Source: an uncultured virus (IMG/VR IMGVR_UViG_3300025635_000020) (lineage: Duplodnaviria; Heunggongvirae; Uroviricota; Caudoviricetes). From it: a DNA stretch of 63,635 nucleotides. A model generated the notes under the pieces. That model ran no database searches, was not told the DNA's origin, and saw nothing but the letters and a program-made list of their open reading frames with translations. Made by a program: the position numbers and the translations under genes. Positions within the stretch are counted from its first letter, which is position 1; every line of letters starts with the position of its first letter. This document shows, in pieces, positions 26,351-36,023 of the stretch. The stretch lies in the IMG/VR virus record IMGVR_UViG_3300025635_000020. One strand, written 5' to 3'.

Positions 26351-28483
26351 ATGGCGTACGATGCAGGCAAAGCAGCAACATACAACAAATTAATTCAATC
26401 GGGCATTTCGGAAGATGCCGCACTGGCCCAGGCCGGCATCGGCGCCAACGACTTTGCAGATTATGCCATTGGCATGGATGGCAAAATGGGAGCATTGATC
26501 ATTGGAACCGGAACTAAACCCAATGTTGAAGTTGTCACTGGCCAAAATCAACCTGCTCAAGTAGAATACAAACAATCAGCCGACGGACTGCCGAGTCAAC
26601 AACCCAGTGCCAAAACTGTAACTTATACCACTACCAGCACAGAAACTGTGAGTGGCGGCGGCTCAACCACAATCACAGCAGGCCCCAGGCAGGCTACCGA
26701 AGCCAGCCAGGCCTATGCTCAAGAAGCTGCTGCCAAACAGGCAGAAATTGATCAATTTATCAAAGACAATCCCAGCAATTTTCTTCGCCGGCGCCAAGGG
26801 TTACCACCATTGACTCCTGAAGAAAATCTAGCTAGATCTGAACAATTACGTGCCTTGCAAGAACAAAAAGGTCAACTGGTCAATCAGCAAATTGATGCTG
26901 AAACTCCTGGAACCCCCACGGTAACCACGGTACCTAATACCACAACATCTACAGAAACTGTGACCACACAAACGGCCGCGGTCAATGCTCCGGTGAATTT
27001 CAGCAACGACGAATCATTGAATCAAAAAACTGAAATACAACTAAATCAACAGACGCCCACAGCAGCCAATGGCACTACCACAACCAGTGCTGCTGCGGTT
27101 AACTTAGATCAAGATCCTGGTACAGGCACTCGAGGATTAACTGTAGCTGATACCAGAGTAGCGGAAGTAGCACCCGAAGCGCCGCCACAACAAAGCGTTT
27201 ATCCTACAGCGTTTGACGACGAAGGCAATCTCAGCCCTGGATTTGAACTTGACGAAAACAACAACCCAGTACGAGTCGATCCTGACACCCCGCCTACTGT
27301 GTTTAGCCCACAATCAGGACTATCAGACGAAGAAATTCTAGCCAGACAAAATGCTGGTGGGCTGTCAGATGAAGAAATTTTAGCACGCCAAGCACAACCT
27401 GTAACATTGTCTGATGAAGAAATCTTAGCAAGACAAAATGCTGGGGGTCTAAGCGACGAAGAAATTCTGGCTCGTCAACAACTACCAGTGAACCCTGGAG
27501 TTGATCCAGGTATTGGCGGCACAGCTTACGACGATAATGGTTTTTTGAATCCAGGCTATACTCTTGATGAAGACAACAATCCAGTTTTTGTAGGGGGAGG
27601 TTTTGTTGAACCAGCTACTGCAGAATCGGCAGCAGCCAGCAGAGAAGCCGCTGTTAGAGACCGAGCACGGCAACAGGCCACATTCCAGGCGCGATACAAA
27701 CAACCTGGCAACAATGACTGGCGTGTAAGACTGAGCCTTGCACCTAATGCACAATACCTGTACAATGAAAAAAACTCGGTTGGCATTCTTGCCCCTTTGG
27801 CTAAAACGGACGGAGTAATATTTCCCTACACACCCAACATAACTACCACGTACTCAGCTCAATATGAACAGTATGATCTTGTTCACTCCAATTATCGTGG
27901 CTTATTTTACAAAAATTCCAGAGTAGGGGACATTCAAATTAGAGGCACATTCACGGCTCAAGATACCGCAGAGGCCGACTACTTGCTGGCAGTGATACAT
28001 TTTTTTCGCTCAGCAACCAAGATGTTCTATGGACAAGATGCACAACGTGGTGTGCCACCGCCTGTGTGCTTGTTGAACGGGTTTGGACAGTACCAATTCT
28101 CAGATCATCCAGTGGTGATATCGTCATTTAATTACACCCTGCCCAATGATGTTGACTACATACGAGCAGGCAGTCCCAACAATTACGGCATTAACCTGTT
28201 GAATCGCCGTGCCGCAGCGGCCAGCAACCCAGGTGGGCAAAGTCTAGCAGGATTGAATAGATTGGCCAATGCCTTGCTGAAAAAAGGTGCGCCTGGTCAA
28301 GGTGTTCCAGACCCCAGCGCCATTCAACAAAATGTCAGCAACACCGCTGGCGCAAGTTATGTACCAACCAAGATGGAAATTGATATTACTTTGATACCTG
28401 TACAAACACGCACACAAGTCAGCAAACAATTCAGTCTCAAAGGCTTTGCTAACGGACAACTACTCAAAGGAGGGTTCTGGTAA
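26351..28483 (+). CDS. Baseplate/tail-tube initiator-like protein with long low-complexity N-terminus
   Basis: The C-terminal GVIFPYTP...HSNY...GTFTAQ...HFFRSATKMFYG...PPP...PVVISSFNYTLPNDVDY resembles tube-initiator proteins of contractile tails. It is the first gene of the baseplate operon, with TAAATA at 26325-26330. Confidence 0.6.
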   Translation: MAYDAGKAATYNKLIQSGISEDAALAQAGIGANDFADYAIGMDGKMGALIIGTGTKPNVEVVTGQNQPAQVEYKQSADGLPSQQPSAKTVTYTTTSTETVSGGGSTTITAGPRQATEASQAYAQEAAAKQAEIDQFIKDNPSNFLRRRQGLPPLTPEENLARSEQLRALQEQKGQLVNQQIDAETPGTPTVTTVPNTTTSTETVTTQTAAVNAPVNFSNDESLNQKTEIQLNQQTPTAANGTTTTSAAAVNLDQDPGTGTRGLTVADTRVAEVAPEAPPQQSVYPTAFDDEGNLSPGFELDENNNPVRVDPDTPPTVFSPQSGLSDEEILARQNAGGLSDEEILARQAQPVTLSDEEILARQNAGGLSDEEILARQQLPVNPGVDPGIGGTAYDDNGFLNPGYTLDEDNNPVFVGGGFVEPATAESAAASREAAVRDRARQQATFQARYKQPGNNDWRVRLSLAPNAQYLYNEKNSVGILAPLAKTDGVIFPYTPNITTTYSAQYEQYDLVHSNYRGLFYKNSRVGDIQIRGTFTAQDTAEADYLLAVIHFFRSATKMFYGQDAQRGVPPPVCLLNGFGQYQFSDHPVVISSFNYTLPNDVDYIRAGSPNNYGINLLNRRAAAASNPGGQSLAGLNRLANALLKKGAPGQGVPDPSAIQQNVSNTAGASYVPTKMEIDITLIPVQTRTQVSKQFSLKGFANGQLLKGGFW
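27320..27478 (+). repeat. Four LSDEEILARQ peptide repeats
   Basis: Identical amino acids encoded by synonymously diverged codons. Confidence 0.9.
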
Positions 28484-28782
28484 TGGCCAACTACGACTCA
28501 ACCAGTCCGTACTTTGAGACTGGATACACACAATTTTATCTTGATGTCATGGTCAATAGGCCTATACCCAAAGAGGATGACGATCAGACTTTTGTGATCA
28601 ATACCACTTATCAGTATCGACCAGACATGTTGGCATTTGACCTTTATGACAATGCCACTTTGTGGTGGGTGTTTTATCAACGCAATCCCAACACCCTGCA
28701 AGCACCACCTTTGGACTTTAAAGTAGGCACCTTGATATATTTGCCAAAAATTACAACGCTGAAATCAGTATTGGGGTTTTAA
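28483..28782 (+). CDS. gp53: Baseplate wedge protein (gp53/LysM-like)
   Basis: YRPDMLAFDLYDNATLWWVF...N...IYLP. Confidence 0.8.
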   Translation: MANYDSTSPYFETGYTQFYLDVMVNRPIPKEDDDQTFVINTTYQYRPDMLAFDLYDNATLWWVFYQRNPNTLQAPPLDFKVGTLIYLPKITTLKSVLGF

Positions 28783-28785
28783 TCT

Positions 28786-31700
28786 ATGGCCACCGTAGCT
28801 GAACTAGAAGTTATTATCAATCGTCTTAAACGAGACATTGCAAGATCTGAGCAGTTGATTGCTCAACGAGATCAATTGTTGGCGAATCCTAACCTGTCAG
28901 AAGCACAAAGACGAACTGGTGAAACAGTACAGGCAAGAAATCAGGAGGTTATCGCAAATCAACGACGAGAACTGGCAGAAGCAGAACAAGCACTATCCCA
29001 GGCGCAGGCGCCAGGACAGCAACCACAACCACCGGTTACAGCCAGCCAGGCTGCCCAGGATGATGCACCCAAGGGACCTAATGCGCCCGCAGCAGTGCAA
29101 GTTGCTGGTAACGGTCGTGTAGTAGCGCCGCCAGATACTTCAACCCCTGCTAGTGCCGAAACACCAACGACCTCTGACACAGGCGGCGACACAGGCACCA
29201 ATGCTCCAGTGCGTACCACAGAACAAACACAAGCTACTAACGGTTATAATACCAACGGCAACGCCAGGGGATTAGATGTCAGGGCCGCCGACGGCACGCT
29301 ATCTAATCTTAGAAAGGCTCCTGAAGCAGGTGAGTTGGACGCTCCTGGTGGCACACCAGGTAGTGTTGAGTTAAAAACAGAACCTGGTCCACCCACTCGG
29401 GATGATGCAGCCAACAATTCTACATCTACTAAACAAACTGAAGTAAACGCCAGCGAAGCCAGTCTTGTCAAGATCATTCCTCAACCAAACGTGCTGGATG
29501 ATTATTACAGTTATTCCTATCAGATATCTGTGTATCTGTGCAATGACTCGCAATACAAGAGATTGTTGTTTGGCAACAATCTCAAACTTGACGGTTATCA
29601 ATTGCTATTTCAAACTGGAGGAGCACCGTTGAATCGTGACGGATTTAGGCCACAGCCCGCAGCTGGCACCACGGATCAAGACGGTGGCACCGTGCCCCCA
29701 GAAGAACGCAACTACCCCGATGGTGGACGTAATCCATTTTTTGACAATGATTTCTATATAGATTCAGTAACGCTAGAAAACAAATTACCAGGTGGCGGCT
29801 CAGGTGGAGCACACTTTGACACTGATCTAAAATTTACCTTGATAGAACCACAGGGCGTGACCCTGCTGGAACGCTTGCGAGATGCTGTGGAAAATCATTC
29901 ACCTCAAAATGAAAACGGCAAAGTCAACTATCTTGCTGCCACCTATGTCATGGTGATTAGATTTTATGGATATGATCAAAATGGCAACATTGTGATGCCC
30001 ATTAAAGGAGGCCTCACAGTAGGCAGCCAAACCAGTGATACCAAGGCAGTGGTAGAAAAACTTGTGCCATTTCAGATTGTAAATATAGACTGGACAGTGG
30101 GTACCAAGACTACCAGTTATGAATGGAAATGCAAACCTGTGGGGCTGCACATTGCTGGGTCTACAGCCCGTGGGACCATTCCCTATGATTTACAGCTCAA
30201 TGCTGCCAGTATAGACAAATTACTAGGTGGGCAGGCAAAATATTCATCAGCAGTGACACCTGCATCCAGTCCTGGAACATCAACTACCACATATTACGAA
30301 AATGATGGGACCGCGTCAACTGGCGCACCAGCACCACAAACTGCTGTGTCTGCGCCTAATCCTTCACGTACCATTGTACAAGGACTCATGCAGGCCATGA
30401 ATGACTTTCAACAAAAACTTGTGCTGGATGGTGTTTATGAACAGGCTGACAACTATTCAATTGAATTTGTTGGGCCTGGCTCTGAGAAAATAGCCGGAGC
30501 CACCTTAGCACAGAATACAGTTAAAATAGACAAACTTAGAACTGCTAGCGGGGTTGCTGGTAGCGGCGGCAATATTAGTCCTGATAGTAACCGAGTAGAC
30601 AATGTTAGCAGAAGTTTCAGTATCACTGCTGGCCAACAAATTTTGCAAGTGATTGAATTAGCCATTCGCAACAGCAGCTACATCAGTTCGCAGGCCTTGT
30701 TTACCATTGATGAAGAAGGACGTCAAATACCCACCAAGAATCTCAATTACAACGAGCCAGTAAAATGGTACATCATAAACATGAGTGCTCAACCGCGCAG
30801 CAGCAAACTTGATGGCAAAAGAAACGACTATGCTTACGATATCAAATACACTGTGAGTCCTTTTTTGATCAAGAATCTAGCCAGCGTATATTTTCCAGTG
30901 AACAAGTTTAGTGGAGTTCACAAAAGTTATCCTTATTGGTTTACTGGCAAAAATACCGCGGTGTTGGAGTACCAAGAAAATCTCAATGGTATTTTTAGAA
31001 TGACCTTGAGTGGCAATGTTGAAGAGGATGCCGCAGCAACAAAATTACGCAACGCACAAACTGCAAGTTTAAATGAAATCATGATGTATACCTATCAGGC
31101 TCGCAGTGTAGAATCCAGTGCAGGTGCCCTGGGCAAGAGTTTTGAATTAGGCGCCAATGCAGCTGAGTTGCTTTATGATCCAGCAGGATTGAAAAATGCC
31201 AAAATTAAAATCATTGGTGACCCTGCTTGGATCGCGCAAGGTAGTTTTTTTCGTCCTGTTACTCAAGAAACATTTGGTGGCAACGCACTGACCTCCGGTT
31301 TCATGCCTGACGGATCAGTGGCATTTGACAATCAAGAAATTTTGTTTGAAATAGTTTGGCAACGCCCCGAAGACTATGATCTCAGTACCGGCCTGGCAGA
31401 TCCTTATAGCCAGACACAAAAAAAATACAACGCTCGAGTGGCCTTGCAAAGTCGAGTGTATATTGCTACCAAGGTTACCAGTGAATTTAGATCTGGAAGA
31501 TTTGAACAAACTCTTGAAGGCAAACTTTACACTTTTTTGAAATCAGATGCTAGCAATGCCGCCAAACCTTCAGTGGCTGCACTGGCCACTAACAAAACTG
31601 GCAGCGATGCTGGTCGAAGTAATAATACAGCAAATAAAACCAAAGAAACTGCTGCCCGATCCGGTGTAAATTTAACAGAGGAAGCTGCTCAAAAAGCTAG

Positions 31701-32094
31701 ATCTAATTTTGCAGCAACAGATCCTAGACGCCTTGACACAGGTGACGGTGGTAAACGTGCAATTCTTGGAGCACAAGGCGCATACAAACAAGCAAAATTT
31801 GCTGAAACTGGTGAGGGCGCAGCCCTTGGTAATCCCAGCATTACACGACAAGGTATCACAGCAGGCGCAAATCTTGGACCTGCAGGTGCACCTACTGCAC
31901 CAACTGACGGCACTGGAGGCACAGTTGGCACAACAACAGAAGAAGCCGGAAACGGTCCGCCAAAATTACCTGGACGACCCATTGTTCCAGGCAGTTTGAG
32001 AGATATTCAACGCCAGCGTCAAGCAGCCGCTGCCGCTGGCACGACATCAAACAGCCCCACTAATCCAGCTGAGCAACAAATTGTAAGAGATTAA
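28786..32094 (+). CDS. Baseplate hub protein (gp27-like) with disordered termini
   Basis: PNVLDDYYSYSY, FTLIEPQG, KIIGDPAW and VTSEFRSGRFEQTL. It lies between gp53 and gp5. Confidence 0.6.
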   Translation: MATVAELEVIINRLKRDIARSEQLIAQRDQLLANPNLSEAQRRTGETVQARNQEVIANQRRELAEAEQALSQAQAPGQQPQPPVTASQAAQDDAPKGPNAPAAVQVAGNGRVVAPPDTSTPASAETPTTSDTGGDTGTNAPVRTTEQTQATNGYNTNGNARGLDVRAADGTLSNLRKAPEAGELDAPGGTPGSVELKTEPGPPTRDDAANNSTSTKQTEVNASEASLVKIIPQPNVLDDYYSYSYQISVYLCNDSQYKRLLFGNNLKLDGYQLLFQTGGAPLNRDGFRPQPAAGTTDQDGGTVPPEERNYPDGGRNPFFDNDFYIDSVTLENKLPGGGSGGAHFDTDLKFTLIEPQGVTLLERLRDAVENHSPQNENGKVNYLAATYVMVIRFYGYDQNGNIVMPIKGGLTVGSQTSDTKAVVEKLVPFQIVNIDWTVGTKTTSYEWKCKPVGLHIAGSTARGTIPYDLQLNAASIDKLLGGQAKYSSAVTPASSPGTSTTTYYENDGTASTGAPAPQTAVSAPNPSRTIVQGLMQAMNDFQQKLVLDGVYEQADNYSIEFVGPGSEKIAGATLAQNTVKIDKLRTASGVAGSGGNISPDSNRVDNVSRSFSITAGQQILQVIELAIRNSSYISSQALFTIDEEGRQIPTKNLNYNEPVKWYIINMSAQPRSSKLDGKRNDYAYDIKYTVSPFLIKNLASVYFPVNKFSGVHKSYPYWFTGKNTAVLEYQENLNGIFRMTLSGNVEEDAAATKLRNAQTASLNEIMMYTYQARSVESSAGALGKSFELGANAAELLYDPAGLKNAKIKIIGDPAWIAQGSFFRPVTQETFGGNALTSGFMPDGSVAFDNQEILFEIVWQRPEDYDLSTGLADPYSQTQKKYNARVALQSRVYIATKVTSEFRSGRFEQTLEGKLYTFLKSDASNAAKPSVAALATNKTGSDAGRSNNTANKTKETAARSGVNLTEEAAQKARSNFAATDPRRLDTGDGGKRAILGAQGAYKQAKFAETGEGAALGNPSITRQGITAGANLGPAGAPTAPTDGTGGTVGTTTEEAGNGPPKLPGRPIVPGSLRDIQRQRQAAAAAGTTSNSPTNPAEQQIVRD

Positions 32095-32096
32095 TT

Positions 32097-33623
32097 ATGG
32101 CAGAGAATGTAGAACGCAGTAGAGGAAGACCGCGCAATTATAAACTAGATCGAGGCGGCGTACCTGCGGAGTTTGGGCCATTTACTGGCGTGGTAATGAG
32201 CACGGTAGACCCCACACGGTCGGGGCGATTGCGAGTTTACATTGATGCTTTTAGTTCAGGATCAGATATCAATAGCATGAGTAACGAAGCTACCTGGACT
32301 ACTGTGAGTTACATGCCTGCATTTTATGGTAATACACCGCCTAGCCAAAGCCAAGGGGCTACACAAGGTATTGGTGCTTATCCTGGAAACCCCACCAGCT
32401 ATGGTATGTGGTTTACACCACCTGACGTAGGAGTAACTGTAATTTGCATATTTGTCAATGGTGACCGCTCACAGGGTTTTTATATTGGGGTAGTTCCGGA
32501 ACAAGGGCTAGGGCACATGGTGCCAGCTATTGGTTCAGCATCCTCAACACAAGCAGAAATACAAAATCAAAATCAAGAAACTTATTTTGCTGACGCACCT
32601 AGATTACCAGTGTCAGAAATTAACATTAATAACGATGGTATTTTTAACAATCCAAGATTTTATGATCAACCCAAACCAGTACACGGTTATCTCGCACAAG
32701 CATTGTTGCAACAAGGATTGATTACAGATCTTGAGCGCGGCACAATTAAAAGCTCTAGTCAGCGCGAAACGCCTAGTGCTGTGTTTGGCATCAGCACACC
32801 AGGTACAGCCATTTATCAAGGTGGCATGAAACCCAATGACATTAGAAGTAAATTAAATTCAGGAGAAATCAAACCTGGTGATGCTAGAGTAATTGGTCGA
32901 ATAGGTGGTCATAGCTTGGTTATGGATGACGGTGATCTAGACGGCAACAACGCTTTGTTGCGTTTGCGAACCAGTCTTGGCCATCAAATCACAATGAGTG
33001 ACTCTGGCAACTTTTTTTACATTGTGCATGCCAATGGTCAAACCTGGTTGGAATTTGGGGTTGAAGGTACAGTAGACGTCTATGCTACAAATTCTGTAAA
33101 TGTACGTACTAAAGGAGATATTAATTTTCACGCTGACAGAGATATTAATATGTTTGCTGGACGATATTTTAAAATGAAAAGCAAAGAAGATATGCAGATA
33201 GAGTCTGGCACATTCTTGGCCATTCAAGCACAGGAAGATATCACACTGTATAGCAAAAACACAATTGGAGTCAAAGCTGATGGAACATTGACATTGAACA
33301 GCTCATCAGGATCCTGGGGCGCAGGATCTGCGCTGGTATTACAAGCAGGCGGCATTGATCTCAACGGGCCTGCCGCGGGTCAAGTGAACACACCACAACC
33401 CTTGACCAAAACACTCTTAGACGATACTGAATGGGATACCAGCCGAGGTTGGATAGTCAAACCCGAAGGACTTGAAAGCATTGTGAACCGAGCGCCCACG
33501 CACGAACCATATCCTTATCACAACAAGGGCGTGGATGTTGAGATTGCGTTCGAAGAAGGTAAACCAAGCCCGCCACCAGGTGCAGTACCAGTTCCGGCTG
33601 GTGTAGAAATACAGGCAAAATAA
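32097..33623 (+). CDS. gp5: Baseplate spike protein (gp5/VgrG-like OB fold and beta-helix)
   Basis: DPTRSGRLRVYI, SYGMWFTPPDVG, GGHSLVMDDG, LRTSLGHQITMSD and PTHEPYPYH. No lysozyme domain is evident. Confidence 0.8.
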   Translation: MAENVERSRGRPRNYKLDRGGVPAEFGPFTGVVMSTVDPTRSGRLRVYIDAFSSGSDINSMSNEATWTTVSYMPAFYGNTPPSQSQGATQGIGAYPGNPTSYGMWFTPPDVGVTVICIFVNGDRSQGFYIGVVPEQGLGHMVPAIGSASSTQAEIQNQNQETYFADAPRLPVSEININNDGIFNNPRFYDQPKPVHGYLAQALLQQGLITDLERGTIKSSSQRETPSAVFGISTPGTAIYQGGMKPNDIRSKLNSGEIKPGDARVIGRIGGHSLVMDDGDLDGNNALLRLRTSLGHQITMSDSGNFFYIVHANGQTWLEFGVEGTVDVYATNSVNVRTKGDINFHADRDINMFAGRYFKMKSKEDMQIESGTFLAIQAQEDITLYSKNTIGVKADGTLTLNSSSGSWGAGSALVLQAGGIDLNGPAAGQVNTPQPLTKTLLDDTEWDTSRGWIVKPEGLESIVNRAPTHEPYPYHNKGVDVEIAFEEGKPSPPPGAVPVPAGVEIQAK

Positions 33624-33624
33624 C

Positions 33625-35580
33625 ATGGCTGAATTTACATTTAATCTTGATCAACTCAAAGCCAGTGTTAGCAAAGGTGCTAGCAAGTTTGAAGCTGGCC
33701 TGTATTCCAAAACAAAAGATGAAGACCTAACCTATACTGGCAATGACTACATTGTCTGGGACAACACCAATAGAGAACGCCTGCGCAGAGGATTGCCTAG
33801 TTTAACCCAACTTGGTTATCCGCGCCCGCCTGAAGACACCACAGGAACAGCAACTGACATACCGGCCACAGGATCAGTGCCCACAAACCCCGACGGCTCT
33901 GCAAAAACATTTGCCATCAAAGGTCCACCAGGACTCACACGTGAGCAGGCATTTGCAATATTCAAGAAACAAGCCGACACTGGTAGCCTAGTAGGATTCA
34001 AACCAGGTGAAACACTAAGCGCCGCAACACAAGCTGCAGACGGCCTGGCCGGAGCACAGGCCATGGTAGCACAAGCTCAGGCAGGTGTAACCGGCAGTCT
34101 CGACGTGGGAAGTTTTACATCCAGACTATCAGCATCTGGGGTAGACCTAACCACTGGGCGCATACCATCAGTTGACGCGGCATTCGCTCGCGGCGGCGTC
34201 AATGGCGGAGCTGGTGCGTTTAATAGTGTAATAGGCAGCGTGGCCAGTGGCTTGGGCGCCGCCGGCGGTGCCATTAGCGGATCATTGGCCGGTATTACTC
34301 CAGGACTTACAGCCGCTGTGGGTCCAGCAGTCAACTCGGTATCCGGCTTGGGCACTGCACTAGTAGGAGCTGCTGGCATACAGGGATCAACAGCTATCAA
34401 AAGTATTGAAACTATCAATCGCACACTCACACAATTTTCAGTGACCAGCCCCATCGACGCTGCGGATTTTACTAAAATTGCTGGTAGTACTAATCCTGCA
34501 GGTGCTGTGGCCAGACTAGGACCCATGAGTGTACCTGAAGTCAACGGAGTGTTGGCACAGGCTAAAAATCTAGTAAACCAAGCCAGTTCAGTGTTAAGCA
34601 ATACCAAAGGTCTTGGATCATTCGGACTTGATGTTGGACAATTAGAAACTGCTGGTTATGTAAAACCGGGTACAAAAGCATTGCTAGCAGCAGGTACAAA
34701 TGTGTTTGCTGATGTGATTAAAAGTCCTGCGGTATGGACTGGAAAAGACGGAATAAAGACTGCCACAGACCTATTGCAAAACATACCCAAACAAAGTCAA
34801 ATACAACAAGATCTCATGACTAAAGGTGTCGCTGGACTGGCAGCAGTAGGCGTGCCCGTTCAAAATTTATCTAGTCAAGGTCTTGCCGGCATGGCATTAA
34901 ATGCTGCAAAAGATTTACCCAGTGCTGAAGCATTTGTGAAAGGTCTTCCCATACCTGGAGATGCAACAGGTGCGCTACAAGCAGAGTTTTCATCTGCGGT
35001 ACGCGACGGTGCATTTGCTGTGAACTTGGTGCAAACTAAAATTCCCACGGCGTTCAAACAAGAAGACACGCCGGTGCCATCCTCTAACACAGTAAATCGT
35101 GCCACAGTAGATGCTGCTAGCACCCGAGTCATTGGGGACGACAAAGTTCCCACACCCAACTATGGACCAAAACAAACAATTGAAAATCAAGCTGACGGCG
35201 AAGCGTATGTGATCAAATCTGTTGAGCTTATAAACAAATACATCAATGTAGCAGGCCGGGCCTTAGAAGTGGTAAAAACAAAGATAGAAGCATTAGCAAA
35301 TCAGCAATTTATTACTCAACAACAATACGACGCAGTAAACAACGAATTTCAAACTGCTAGTCAGGCATATAATCCTCAAGGTCCTGTACTTGCTTCAGAA
35401 GTATTTGCTATCTACGACCGGTTGAGTGCATCACAAAAACAAGTAGTTAATTCTTTTCAGTCAAATTCGCCAAGTAAAATAGCAAGTTTAGTTCAATACA
35501 TCGTTGAGCAATTTCGCCAGATAAAAGAATTATTATATCAACTATCTCTCAAGATTGAAGGTCAACGGGCAGGCGAATAA
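33625..35580 (+). CDS. Baseplate-associated protein (hypothetical)
   Basis: 651 aa, Gly/Ala-rich, between gp5 and gp25. GLGSFG...QLETAGYVKPG may be a degenerate lysozyme-like segment. Confidence 0.5.
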   Translation: MAEFTFNLDQLKASVSKGASKFEAGLYSKTKDEDLTYTGNDYIVWDNTNRERLRRGLPSLTQLGYPRPPEDTTGTATDIPATGSVPTNPDGSAKTFAIKGPPGLTREQAFAIFKKQADTGSLVGFKPGETLSAATQAADGLAGAQAMVAQAQAGVTGSLDVGSFTSRLSASGVDLTTGRIPSVDAAFARGGVNGGAGAFNSVIGSVASGLGAAGGAISGSLAGITPGLTAAVGPAVNSVSGLGTALVGAAGIQGSTAIKSIETINRTLTQFSVTSPIDAADFTKIAGSTNPAGAVARLGPMSVPEVNGVLAQAKNLVNQASSVLSNTKGLGSFGLDVGQLETAGYVKPGTKALLAAGTNVFADVIKSPAVWTGKDGIKTATDLLQNIPKQSQIQQDLMTKGVAGLAAVGVPVQNLSSQGLAGMALNAAKDLPSAEAFVKGLPIPGDATGALQAEFSSAVRDGAFAVNLVQTKIPTAFKQEDTPVPSSNTVNRATVDAASTRVIGDDKVPTPNYGPKQTIENQADGEAYVIKSVELINKYINVAGRALEVVKTKIEALANQQFITQQQYDAVNNEFQTASQAYNPQGPVLASEVFAIYDRLSASQKQVVNSFQSNSPSKIASLVQYIVEQFRQIKELLYQLSLKIEGQRAGE

Positions 35581-35585
35581 CGCTC

Positions 35586-35593
35586 TATAAATA
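35586..35593 (+). promoter_or_regulatory. T4-type late promoter
   Basis: Perfect TATAAATA 4 nt before the gp25 ATG. Confidence 0.8.
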
Positions 35594-35597
35594 CAGC

Positions 35598-35975
35598 ATG
35601 ATACAAAAATTTATTGGATTCAACACACAAAATCAGTTTAAAAAATTTACACTCACTAATTTTGAACTGGTCAAACGCGACTTGTTGAATGCGTTTAATA
35701 TTCGCCAAGGACAACTGCCTGGGAGACCAGGTTATGGCACTGTGATATGGGATTATCTGTTTGAGCCGCAACTGGAAGAATTACAACAGGCCATTGAAAC
35801 AGAAATTCAGCGAGTGGCCGGCGGTGATCCTAGAATCTACATCAGCGACATCCAAACGTTCCCACAAAATAACGGTATTTTAATACAAATAGAACTCACA
35901 GTGGTTCCCAGTACCAATGCCGAGAGGTTGAGTATTTTCTTTGATTTTCAACAGCGCAATGCCTCCTATGTATAA
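35598..35975 (+). CDS. gp25: Baseplate wedge protein gp25-like
   Basis: LVKRDLLNAFNIRQG..PGRPGYGTVIWDYLFEP...DPRI. Confidence 0.9.
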   Translation: MIQKFIGFNTQNQFKKFTLTNFELVKRDLLNAFNIRQGQLPGRPGYGTVIWDYLFEPQLEELQQAIETEIQRVAGGDPRIYISDIQTFPQNNGILIQIELTVVPSTNAERLSIFFDFQQRNASYV

Positions 35976-36023
35976 CTAAGCCGTTTTCAGCCCCGATAAA
36001 TAAAACACAGAGGCATATCTAAG

